Shown here one piece after another: positions 28,571 through 37,797 of a stretch of DNA of 64,000 nucleotides. Source of the DNA: Muribaculaceae bacterium. Lineage in GTDB: Bacteria > Bacteroidota > Bacteroidia > Bacteroidales > Muribaculaceae. Location: contig JAFZSO010000026.1 of the NCBI GenBank assembly GCA_017619355.1, positions 3,969-67,968 of the forward strand, written 5' to 3'. Positions within the stretch are counted from its first letter, which is position 1. Each line of letters begins with the position of its first letter. The translations under genes were made by a program, and so were the position numbers. The notes under the pieces were generated by a model, which was not told the origin of the DNA, did not search any database, and saw nothing but the letters and a program-made list of their open reading frames with translations.

Positions 28571-29971
28571 ATGGATTTTTTAAATAATTTCTTCAAAGAC
28601 TTTAGTGCATTGCTGTGGGGCTGGCCCATGGTGATATTGCTGCTGGGCACCCACCTGTTCCTCACTTTCAGGCTCAGGGTGCCGCAACGCAAACTGTTCA
28701 AGGCCATTAAGCTATCAGTGAAAAAGGACGACGGCGCCACCGGCGATGTGTCGCAGTTCGGTGCTCTTGCCACCGCCCTTGCCGCCACCATCGGCACCGG
28801 CAACATCATTGGCGTGGCCACCGCCGTGGCACTGGGAGGTCCTGGTGCCGTGCTGTGGTGCTGGCTCACGGGTGTGTTTGGCATGGCCACGAAGTATGCA
28901 GAGGGTCTGCTCGCCATCAAGTATCGCGTGAAGACTGCCGACGGCAAGATGCTCGGTGGCCCCATGTATGCGCTGGAGCGCGGCCTGGGATTGAAGTGGC
29001 TCGCCGTGCTGTTTGCCATCTTCACCGCCATTGCCGCCTTCGGCATAGGCTGCTCGGTGCAGGCCAATGCCATTGCCACCATCAGCTATGAGACCTATGG
29101 CATCTCGCCCTACATTGTGGGCGGTGTGGTGTGCGCCCTGGTGGCTGCCGTGGTGCTGGGCGGCGTGAAGAGCATTGCCCGCGTGTGCGGACTCATGGTG
29201 CCCTTCATGGCAGTGTTCTACGTGCTGGGCTGCATCTACATTCTTTGCCTCAACAGCGAGCACCTGTGGCCCGCCATCAAACTCATCGGCGAGTCGGCAT
29301 TCACTCCCCAGGCTGCAGGCGGCGGTTTTGTGGGCACAACGGTGATCATGGCGGCCCGCTATGGCATTTCACGAGGACTGTTCAGCAACGAGTCGGGTCT
29401 GGGTTCGGCACCCATCGTGGCAGCCGCCGCACAGACGCGCAACCCCGTGCGTCAGGCGCTGGTGTCTTCAACGGGCACCTTCTGGGACACAGTGGTAATA
29501 TGCGCCCTCACCGGCTTGGTGATTGTAAGCAGCATTATCGCCTATCCCGAAATCTCACAGACCGATGGCGCCAAACTCACCAAGTTGGCATTCAGCAAGA
29601 TTCCCTATGTGGGCACGCCACTGCTCTCGTTCGGACTGCTCACCTTCGCCTTCACTACCATTCTGGGCTGGTGCTACTATGGCGAGCGTGCCATTGAATA
29701 CCTGAGAGGCAAACGGTGGACCTACGCCTACCGTGTCATCTACATTTGCGTGGCATTTGCCGGCAGCGTGGTGAACCTCGAAATCGTGTGGAACATCTCC
29801 GACTGCACCAATGCGCTCATGGCGCTGCCCAACATCGTGGCACTGCTGCTGCTGAGTGGCGTGGTGGCACGGGAAACCAAGAAATACCTGTGGAGCGACC
29901 GGCTCGACATGCGCATGGACGACGAGAATTCGCCCGAACGATTATATTTCTTCAAAAAGAAAAAATCATGA
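28571..29971 (+). CDS. alanine/glycine:cation symporter (AGCS family)
   Basis: ATIGTGNIIGVA, GGPGA, GGPMY and RGLFSNESGLGS motifs. Confidence 0.95.
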   Translation: MDFLNNFFKDFSALLWGWPMVILLLGTHLFLTFRLRVPQRKLFKAIKLSVKKDDGATGDVSQFGALATALAATIGTGNIIGVATAVALGGPGAVLWCWLTGVFGMATKYAEGLLAIKYRVKTADGKMLGGPMYALERGLGLKWLAVLFAIFTAIAAFGIGCSVQANAIATISYETYGISPYIVGGVVCALVAAVVLGGVKSIARVCGLMVPFMAVFYVLGCIYILCLNSEHLWPAIKLIGESAFTPQAAGGGFVGTTVIMAARYGISRGLFSNESGLGSAPIVAAAAQTRNPVRQALVSSTGTFWDTVVICALTGLVIVSSIIAYPEISQTDGAKLTKLAFSKIPYVGTPLLSFGLLTFAFTTILGWCYYGERAIEYLRGKRWTYAYRVIYICVAFAGSVVNLEIVWNISDCTNALMALPNIVALLLLSGVVARETKKYLWSDRLDMRMDDENSPERLYFFKKKKS

Positions 29972-30735
29972 AAATTCAATATGCCTCTGACCTGCATTTA
30001 GAGTTTGACCAGAATACCGACTGGCTTGCCGAGAATCCGCTGGAAGTGACCGGCGAGGTGCTGGTGCTTGCCGGCGACATCACCATATTTGGCGATGAGG
30101 ATCTCGAGAATCACCCATTCTTTGACTGGTGCGCCGAGCATTATCGCGAGACGCTGCTGGTGCCTGGCAACCACGAGTACTATGGCGGTGTGGAGATGCG
30201 CGACACCCTTGGATTCGAGAAAATTCTGCGTCCCAATGTGCGTTACCTGAACAACCGCAGCATCGTGATCGACGACACCGAGTTCTTTGTCACCACCCTA
30301 TGGAGCAAAGTGAAACCGCAAAACGAGGTGTGGATTGAGAGCCGCATGACCGACTGTCGACGCATTAAGCTCGACGCACACATCTTGCGCGGAGCCGACT
30401 ACAACGAGCTGCACAAGTTATGCTTCACTTGGTTGAGACGGGCGCTCAAACGCTCTGAGGCCCCCCACAAGGTGGTGGTGACTCATCACAGCCCCGTGAA
30501 CTATGAGGACCCGGCCTTTGCCACCAACAATCTGGCCGACGCCTTCATTGTTCCGCTCGAGAGATTTATCACCGACAGTGATATTGATGCATGGATTTTC
30601 GGGCACACGCACTATAATGCCGCCGAGGGAGTGCAACTGGGCAACACTCGCATCTGCACCAATCAGCTGGGCTATGTGATGTACGGCATTTGTGGCGGTT
30701 ACAATCCCGCCCGCTTCATAGAACTTGACGATTAA
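29968..30735 (+). CDS. calcineurin-like metallophosphoesterase
   Basis: SDLH, LAGD, PGNHE, VTHH and FGHTH motifs; ATGA overlap with the symporter gene. Confidence 0.92.
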   Translation: MKIQYASDLHLEFDQNTDWLAENPLEVTGEVLVLAGDITIFGDEDLENHPFFDWCAEHYRETLLVPGNHEYYGGVEMRDTLGFEKILRPNVRYLNNRSIVIDDTEFFVTTLWSKVKPQNEVWIESRMTDCRRIKLDAHILRGADYNELHKLCFTWLRRALKRSEAPHKVVVTHHSPVNYEDPAFATNNLADAFIVPLERFITDSDIDAWIFGHTHYNAAEGVQLGNTRICTNQLGYVMYGICGGYNPARFIELDD

Positions 30736-30744
30736 GCACTCTTT

Positions 30745-32073
30745 TTAACTGACTCCCAGAATAATATTGATAATGAGGGTAACGTCCATCACGTTCACCT
30801 CGTCATCGCTGTTCACATTGGCATTGTCGAAGATGAATGGTTGGGGATTTTTGCCCAAGATGTGATTGATAACGGCAGTCACATCGTTCACATCCACGGC
30901 GCCGTCCCCATTCGCGTCACCTGCCATGTGGTTTTCGTTGGGGTAAAGCCCGATGTACATGGCTTGCCAGTCATCGTAGGAGTATTGTTGTGGGTTGAGC
31001 AAACCAATATCAAAGTAGCCGTCCTCAATACCATACCATCCCCAGTTCACATGCACAAGCCCGTTCTGGTCATAGCCATCTATAATGAAATTGTGCCCTG
31101 AAACAATGAAATATTCATAATTAATATCCTTGGCCGAGTAGAAAATGGGATGACGATTGCTGAGCATGGTATAAACCATTTCCATCCATTGCGGCTCACT
31201 ATAGTTGCTACGCACAATATAGTGTGCTGTGTCGCAATAATTGAAGCGATTAATGAATGCGTTCAAACATTTCACATCGTTTGAGCCGGCACCCGAACTG
31301 GTATAGGAGGCCTGCGCTGCCACACCACAATGATAGCAAAGCTGCGCCACAGCCTGAGCCTGTTCGTCCGTGTATTCGCCTTGATAATCGTCAATCATCT
31401 TACTGTAATCATAGGTTGAATTCTCAAAATCCACTTTATAGACAGCCACAACTTGCTGATTAGTGCCATCAATGGTGTATTTAACCTCTACCGAGTCTTG
31501 CCCAATTCCATGCACAGGAAATTTGTAGTAATTCATATATTGGGCCATGGCCGTTGGCACACATCCCACCACATAGTGACCCATGTCGGGAGTATATGTA
31601 CCATATAGCGAAGTGTCTTCGATGTAAGTGTTGAAGGGACACATGAACTTGAACGGTTCACGCTGCCCCCATTTCGTGGTCAAGAGTGGCTCCACGTTTG
31701 CTGGGAATCGGGTAGTGTCGGGCTTCGTAATCTCCCGATTGGCTTTAAGAGTTGAATGTGCCAACCATTTCTTGACAGAATTCACCCACCACCTCAGACC
31801 AGGATTCTCACTATTGGGATCAAAAGTCGCATTGCGTGAATATGCAATTACCCGAGAATCGGTACCATCATTCAAGACAACCGCAAACCCTCGTTCGGAA
31901 TTTGCGTTTTTATACAGAACCAGGTCGCTGCCAAGATCGGTACTCAACAACTCCTGATGATTGGCGTTGAGTATTGCCATTGCTTTGGTTTCAGCATTAA
32001 CGATGGCCTCAGCATCAAACACCCAAAAGTGAAGAAGTGTAAGTAGTACTATGATGCTCGCTTTGTGTGTCAT
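30745..32073 (-). CDS. C10 (streptopain-like) cysteine peptidase with a C-terminal dockerin
   Basis: PLLTTKWGQ, GCVPTAMAQ, GHNFIIDGY and HVNWGW motifs; dockerin at 30748-30921. Confidence 0.9.
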   Translation of the reverse strand: MTHKASIIVLLTLLHFWVFDAEAIVNAETKAMAILNANHQELLSTDLGSDLVLYKNANSERGFAVVLNDGTDSRVIAYSRNATFDPNSENPGLRWWVNSVKKWLAHSTLKANREITKPDTTRFPANVEPLLTTKWGQREPFKFMCPFNTYIEDTSLYGTYTPDMGHYVVGCVPTAMAQYMNYYKFPVHGIGQDSVEVKYTIDGTNQQVVAVYKVDFENSTYDYSKMIDDYQGEYTDEQAQAVAQLCYHCGVAAQASYTSSGAGSNDVKCLNAFINRFNYCDTAHYIVRSNYSEPQWMEMVYTMLSNRHPIFYSAKDINYEYFIVSGHNFIIDGYDQNGLVHVNWGWYGIEDGYFDIGLLNPQQYSYDDWQAMYIGLYPNENHMAGDANGDGAVDVNDVTAVINHILGKNPQPFIFDNANVNSDDEVNVMDVTLIINIILGVS

Positions 32074-32171
32074 AACTCATTATCTTTTGTTCACAAAAAT
32101 AAGCAAGAAAAATGAGTATTGCAAGCATCTGACGCAGAAAAAAAATCTTGTATGAAATTAGAAAAGAGTCA

Positions 32172-33248
32172 TTAGCGGTGAATGGTGACCTGAGTGGCAC
32201 CGAAGCCATACTCGCGGAAACTGGCGTCCTGCACCGCACAACGCGGGTAGCGGCGGCGCAACTCGTCGAGCAGGGCACGGCGCAGCACACCCTCGCCCTT
32301 GCCATGAATGAACACAATCTTCTGTCCCACCTTGTTCTTGTTGGCTTCCATCACCTCACGGAACTTGTCGAGCTGGCAGTTGAGCATATCAGTGTTAGAG
32401 AGTCCGCTCAAGTTGTCGAGCAATTCGGCAATGTGCAGGTCCTGCACAATGATTTCACCCTGAGTCTTCGATGATTTTGAGGCATGAGGCTGCTTGTCCT
32501 GTCGCTCCTGCCGCTTCTTCTCACGCATGGCGGCCTCGAGTTCACTGCTATCGATGTGCATCATGCGTGCCGGGCGGTCGTTGGTCACTATCTTGAGTTC
32601 GATGACGGGGTCATCGAAGTAGTCGCTGCTGTGAAAGCAATGCAGCTTGTAGAACTTGGTCACATCGAGCCGCATTTCCACAAGGGCGGGATTCTTGAGC
32701 TTGAAGCCCTTGCCCTGCTTGAATGCCACATACTGCACAGCCACATGGGTCATGTCGTTCAGGTCGTCATGCCCGAACTCATCGAGTTGTAGCAGAATGT
32801 TAGGCTCTACGATGCCGTGGTAGCGGGTAACCCATTCCAGCGACTCGTCGCCACGGGTCATATAAGTGAAATACAGGTAATAGTTACTGTCGTTCACCAG
32901 ATTGGAGTAGAATGTGGTGGTGTTCAGGTGCTTGATCTCCTTGGCTTCATAGGCGAGCACCACATTCAGCACCTCGCCCTCCTCGGTCTCGAATACAGGT
33001 TCTTGCGGCACAGGTTGGGCAGGTTTGGTGGGTTTTTCGGGTTCCACCAGGCGTGTCTTGATGTCGAGAGGTTTCTCGTAGGTCATGGCACGGCTCTTCT
33101 CGTGGTCAACTACCACCACATCACGCGCTTGGGCTGGACGCTCAAAGCCATCCTCGTCTTCCACATACACCATTTTGCCGTCAATGCGGGTCACGCGGCC
33201 GCCTCCCACATCGTTCAAGAAGCGCACTATATCGTTCACTTTCACCAT
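32172..33248 (-). CDS. DUF2027 and Smr domain protein
   Basis: KOW-like N-terminus; C-terminal DLH..IHGKGEGVLR..GATQV Smr domain. Confidence 0.9.
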   Translation of the reverse strand: MVKVNDIVRFLNDVGGGRVTRIDGKMVYVEDEDGFERPAQARDVVVVDHEKSRAMTYEKPLDIKTRLVEPEKPTKPAQPVPQEPVFETEEGEVLNVVLAYEAKEIKHLNTTTFYSNLVNDSNYYLYFTYMTRGDESLEWVTRYHGIVEPNILLQLDEFGHDDLNDMTHVAVQYVAFKQGKGFKLKNPALVEMRLDVTKFYKLHCFHSSDYFDDPVIELKIVTNDRPARMMHIDSSELEAAMREKKRQERQDKQPHASKSSKTQGEIIVQDLHIAELLDNLSGLSNTDMLNCQLDKFREVMEANKNKVGQKIVFIHGKGEGVLRRALLDELRRRYPRCAVQDASFREYGFGATQVTIHR

Positions 33249-33261
33249 AATTCAACCATTT

Positions 33262-34149
33262 TTATTCGTTTTTATTGGCTGCCTGCTGCAACACGAAATT
33301 ATATTCCACAGGCGTTATGAGCAGCGTGCCTATGTCATAGTCATTGTTGTCAACATAGGTGTAACGCAGATTCTTCTGCTCAGCCACCAGCGTAGCCATG
33401 AACTTATTGAGTTTCACCTGCTTGGGCAGCGCTTTCATCCAGCGCTCACGCATGGTCTGCACAAACATGGGCACATCCACACTCTCGTGGTTCACATAGG
33501 GGAGCAGAATCTCCAGTTCCACCGTGTTGGCATCGGGTTGCGATACCTCAGTGAGCATCTCGTTGTTGCCAATGGGCAAGCGGTGACGCAGCAGCGTGGC
33601 ACTCACCGCCTTCACATAGTCGGCCGTAGTCACAAGTTGCGTCGTGTCGCAATGGAATGTCATGCTGTTGAGCACAGTACCCACCACATCGGGCATATCG
33701 CTGCGGTGTCCCTTGATGATGAAGAAGGTGGTGAAGCCCGCATTGAAGACCAGAGCCGCACACTGGTAGGTGGTGCCACCCGAACTCTTGCTGAACAACA
33801 CCTGTTTGGCATTGAAACCGCAGAACCATGTATCCTGCACCTCGCTGAACCCCGTGGCGTTCTTGCAGAACACATCGCGCTGCTCTATCACCTGTTCATG
33901 CAGATACTCGGCAGGGTCAAAGGCTCCGTCGAGGTAGTCGATGCGCGCCAGTTCCATGATGTGACGGCGGGCATCGTTACGGTGCAGCATGGCACGGCCG
34001 CCCACACTCTGCAGCACGGTGCCGTCGGTCTGCACTATCCAGCTGTCGTCGGGAGCCGTGAGTGTGTAGAAGTCATTGTCAATCGTGGAAATGGCATAGC
34101 TTGCAAGTGCTGCCACACTCATCCACATCATCATCAGTATCTTTTTCAT
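33262..34149 (-). CDS. exported hypothetical protein
   Basis: 295-aa ORF with MKKI signal peptide and host-like codon usage. Confidence 0.75.
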   Translation of the reverse strand: MKKILMMMWMSVAALASYAISTIDNDFYTLTAPDDSWIVQTDGTVLQSVGGRAMLHRNDARRHIMELARIDYLDGAFDPAEYLHEQVIEQRDVFCKNATGFSEVQDTWFCGFNAKQVLFSKSSGGTTYQCAALVFNAGFTTFFIIKGHRSDMPDVVGTVLNSMTFHCDTTQLVTTADYVKAVSATLLRHRLPIGNNEMLTEVSQPDANTVELEILLPYVNHESVDVPMFVQTMRERWMKALPKQVKLNKFMATLVAEQKNLRYTYVDNNDYDIGTLLITPVEYNFVLQQAANKNE

Positions 34150-34300
34150 TGCTTCAATTTATTTCTTTTTAAAACCACTCTGTTTCACTAAAAAAACATC
34201 TGCAGTTTGACTATTGATGACCCATCGAGGTTTAACTATCATCACCGCAAATTTACACCTTTTTCTCACAACCCCCAAACCCCACACCCTGAAAATGTTT

Positions 34301-34383
34301 TTACATTTTAAAATGCAAGAATTTGGGCAATTTTTATATTTCAAACTATAAAATTTCGCAAAATTTTACAGTTCAAAATGCAA
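34301..34383. repeat. three degenerate 18-bp palindromes with a 32-33 bp period
   Basis: TTACATTTTAAAATGCAA (34301), TTATATTTCAAACTATAA (34334), TTACAGTTCAAAATGCAA (34366). Confidence 0.7.
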
Positions 34384-34446
34384 AATATCCATTTCTCATA
34401 TCATCTTCTCTCTTTCAACTATCCTCAAAACCATCAGAAAAAAACA

Positions 34447-34486
34447 CTGCTGGCGGGATGGGAAAAGGCCCCATTTCCGCCAGCAG
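34447..34486 (-). terminator. terminator downstream of the Gly/Arg/Ser-rich protein gene
   Basis: CTGCTGGCGG/CCGCCAGCAG stem; the A-tract on its left reads as a T-tract on the minus strand. Confidence 0.75.
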
Positions 34487-34559
34487 CAAATCTATACGAA
34501 ACTACTATGTGTGATTTGAAAATCCCAAAATTCAGTTTTATAATGATGATTCAAGCGAA

Positions 34560-35954
34560 TCAATAGCCGAATGAGAGGGCTGTGTAGTAGCGACCTGCAT
34601 CGTGGTTCAGACTCAGCGTGATGTAACCACGGCCATCACCGCCCACCCAAGTGACCTGCGGATAAGTTCCGCGCACATAGCTCACAGGGTTGCCATAACT
34701 TGCGCACAGACGGCGATACAGGCGGTTGTAACGTGCACGGTCGTTGTAGCTGTGAACGATGGCAAACTGAGCGTAGTCGAGCTGGTTGTAGTCGTCGTAA
34801 CGCAGCATCACATCGGGCCAGTCGTAGTCAAACAGGGGCACATCGCGCAGGTACACGATATTGTCGTAGTAACCATCAATGTTGAAGCCATTGTAGTAGA
34901 GATAGTCGAGCGATGCGTCATAGAGTGTGCCGAAGAAGAGGCCCAGGATACCATCGACGATGGGCGCATTGCGATAGGGACGGAAGCCATAAGGAATGGT
35001 GGGACGATAGTACCAGATGGAGTGATGGTAAGGACGCACAGGAGGCATGATGGGACGGTTCCAGCCATAGCGGTAGTGGTCGAAGAAGCGATCGTGGTGC
35101 GGTCCGTGTGGACGGAATCCGTCATGGTAGCGATACTGGCCATAGCGGTTGAAGCGATTGGGGTCACCTGCGCCAGGACGATTGGCGTGCGGACGGTTGT
35201 CGGGGCGAGCATTGAAGCCACCGGGACGATCCTTGCCACCACGATTGCCACCCTGGTTGTCGGGACGGTTGAAGTTGTTGCCATGGCCGTCGTTGTAGTT
35301 ACCACTGCCACCGCGGCCGGGACGCCTGCCGTAGTCACTGCCGCCACGATTGCCGTCACGGTCACTGCCACCGCGATTCGGACGGTTTATAATGCCGCCA
35401 TCGGAGTTGCCACTGCCACCGCGACCCGGACGCTTACCGAAGTCACCACCTCCACGATTGCCGTCACGGTCATTGCCACCGGGGCGGTTTCCGCGGTTAA
35501 CATCGTTGGCCGAACGTGACTCGGGACGAGTTGATGGCGAGCCACTGTTCATCGAGGGACGCTCATTGGGGCGTGAGAATGTGGGACGCTCGCTGCGGGT
35601 GCTGGGACGAGAAGTAACGCTACCGCTCGAACTGCCACCACTGGGGCGACTTCCGCCAGAATAACTGCCACCGTTTCTGTCACCTGAAGGTGCCGACGGA
35701 CGACGCTCAGATGCGCTACTCGGCCGGCTCACAGTAGAGTGGTCACGACCCGATGAAACCGAGGGCGACACATCGCGACGAGTTGATGGCGAAGACGATG
35801 AAGGCCTCTCCACACGCTCACGGGGTGCAGACGAACGACCCTGGCTACTACCTCCGCGAGGCTGACGGTGCTGAGCCAGTGCCGGTGTGGTGGCGAGCAA
35901 GCCACCCAGCAACATAGTTGCCGCAAATGTTCTAAAAGTAAAATGTATCTTCAT
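34560..35954 (-). CDS. exported protein with a long Ser/Gly/Arg/Asn low-complexity region and a Tyr-rich C-terminal domain
   Basis: signal peptide ending ALA-Q; about 240 aa of RP/RGG-rich sequence; globular aromatic C-terminus. Confidence 0.82.
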   Translation of the reverse strand: MKIHFTFRTFAATMLLGGLLATTPALAQHRQPRGGSSQGRSSAPRERVERPSSSSPSTRRDVSPSVSSGRDHSTVSRPSSASERRPSAPSGDRNGGSYSGGSRPSGGSSSGSVTSRPSTRSERPTFSRPNERPSMNSGSPSTRPESRSANDVNRGNRPGGNDRDGNRGGGDFGKRPGRGGSGNSDGGIINRPNRGGSDRDGNRGGSDYGRRPGRGGSGNYNDGHGNNFNRPDNQGGNRGGKDRPGGFNARPDNRPHANRPGAGDPNRFNRYGQYRYHDGFRPHGPHHDRFFDHYRYGWNRPIMPPVRPYHHSIWYYRPTIPYGFRPYRNAPIVDGILGLFFGTLYDASLDYLYYNGFNIDGYYDNIVYLRDVPLFDYDWPDVMLRYDDYNQLDYAQFAIVHSYNDRARYNRLYRRLCASYGNPVSYVRGTYPQVTWVGGDGRGYITLSLNHDAGRYYTALSFGY

Positions 35955-36118
35955 AGTGTTTGTTATTGATTGATTTCAGTATGTTGTTAAATGTCTCGAC
36001 TTGGTTTTGTGATAGTATGACTCGCTAAACCGCGTTTCGTTTAATCCTCACACCAACCATTAAGACAAAAGGGGCATTTTTACCGATAAAAACCGGCATT
36101 TTATCGCCACATGGTTGT

Positions 36119-37786
36119 TCAATAGCCAGGATTTTGTTCACTGCCCGAGAGCGACAGTATCTCGCCCGGAATCGGGAACACTGTGGTATAACCCTTCACA
36201 TCGGCCTCGCTGGGAGTGTGCATCCAGTAGGCACTGCCGTAGATGTTGAAACGAATCATGTCGTTACGGCGCCATCCCTCCCATGCCAGTTCAAGCATGC
36301 GCTCATCGAGCACACTCTTGAGGGTTGCCGTGCGTGGTGTGGCCCCCACCCTGCTTCGCACAGCATTCAGCAGCAGGTCGGCTTCAGCCCCAGCCTGCCC
36401 GTTGCGCAGCATCGCCTCGCACCGCATGAGCAGCACATCGGCATAGCGGAAGAGCACAATGTCGTTGTCGCTCTGGTTGCCGTCCTTGGTGCCGTTGGGG
36501 TCCACCTCATATTTCTTCATGCGGGCGCCGGCAGTCTTCTCATAGGGCGTGTTCGACACATCAAGCGCCACTGCCCAAGGCTCATAGACGAGGGGCGTGC
36601 CGTCGTCGAGCAGCACCATATCGAGATTCAGGTCATATACTTGGCCTGAATAATAGGTTTTCACAAATCTGGGGTCCACATCAGGCCCTGTGCCATCAAT
36701 ATCACCCTCAACAAGGCCAAACACATGCAGCGCATCAACTGTGGCGCAAGGACCATTCTCGCCGTTCAGTCCCATGGCGGCAGCATGGTTATAGTGCCGC
36801 GAACGGAACAGATAGCAGTACTGGTTCTGGTAAAGATACTTGTCCATAGGTATTGTGAAGATGTTCTCGACCGACACCTCGTTGTGCATCAGGAAATTGG
36901 TCTCAAACACATCTTCAAGCTCATAACCAGTCGCAGTTATCCTGTCGCAATAGTACTGGCAGGCTTCCCATGAATTCATCACATTGCCGCCAACCGTCCA
37001 TTTGATGTTTTTGCCATCGGGTCTTACCCCGTCGGTCCAGTCATCATCGCAATACACCTCGCTGTTGAGAAACACCTTCGCCAGCAAGAAGTAGGCCACG
37101 GGACTGGTGAAACGACCATAATTTGCTCCAGGCGTGTTCGACCGCTCGGCCGCGAGATGGGGAGCAAGTTGCTGTAACTCGTCCACGACATACTTGGTGG
37201 CCTCGCTGCGACTTTTCAGTTTCAGGTCAGCGGCCGAAGGCGACGAAGAAGTGAACAGCGGGACCCTGCCGTAGAGGTCGATGGCATAGAAGTAGAACAT
37301 CGCCCTGAGACCACGCACCTCGGCACGATAGGCATCCAGGTCTGCTTCGGGATGCTTCTGGGCAAACTTATCGATTTTCTCCAGTGAACCGTTACAGCCC
37401 ATGATGGCCTTCATCAGGTAGTTCCAGGTGTCTCCAATGGGGTCGAGACCGGCAAACTTGTGCTGGAAGAGGTCCTGCCACAAGTGCCCGTCATACCAGT
37501 CGGTGCCACGCGTGGGAATGATAGCCTCGTCGGTAGTGAAGGTGTTGAGGTCATAGATACCGCGTCCGGTTCCCTGCAATCCCTGACTGTTGGCATGGCC
37601 ACCCACATCGGCATATCGTGCTGCCACGGCATTGAGGTAGAGGTCACTGATGGTGCGAATGGCATTATCGTCATCGACACGGTCGTTTGGCGACTCTTCG
37701 AGGAAATCGGTGCAGGCTGTCAGGAGACCTGCCACAAAGCAGCAGCACAGCACCTTATAAAATATTTTCATTGTCTTGGTATTCAT
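36119..37786 (-). CDS. SusD/RagB family lipoprotein
   Basis: lipobox LTA-C, FRYADVLLM, ERMLELAWEG..RNDMIRF and terminal QNPGY. Confidence 0.95.
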   Translation of the reverse strand: MNTKTMKIFYKVLCCCFVAGLLTACTDFLEESPNDRVDDDNAIRTISDLYLNAVAARYADVGGHANSQGLQGTGRGIYDLNTFTTDEAIIPTRGTDWYDGHLWQDLFQHKFAGLDPIGDTWNYLMKAIMGCNGSLEKIDKFAQKHPEADLDAYRAEVRGLRAMFYFYAIDLYGRVPLFTSSSPSAADLKLKSRSEATKYVVDELQQLAPHLAAERSNTPGANYGRFTSPVAYFLLAKVFLNSEVYCDDDWTDGVRPDGKNIKWTVGGNVMNSWEACQYYCDRITATGYELEDVFETNFLMHNEVSVENIFTIPMDKYLYQNQYCYLFRSRHYNHAAAMGLNGENGPCATVDALHVFGLVEGDIDGTGPDVDPRFVKTYYSGQVYDLNLDMVLLDDGTPLVYEPWAVALDVSNTPYEKTAGARMKKYEVDPNGTKDGNQSDNDIVLFRYADVLLMRCEAMLRNGQAGAEADLLLNAVRSRVGATPRTATLKSVLDERMLELAWEGWRRNDMIRFNIYGSAYWMHTPSEADVKGYTTVFPIPGEILSLSGSEQNPGY

Positions 37787-37797
37787 AGCCAGTGATT

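Noticed and set aside
34301-34383. possible mini-CRISPR array
   Set aside because: The repeats are degenerate 18-mers with only 14-15 nt between them, and no cas genes are present.
36084-36106. CGATAAAA/TTTTATCG inverted repeat after susD
   Set aside because: Short and AT-rich; not distinguishable from chance or a weak terminator.
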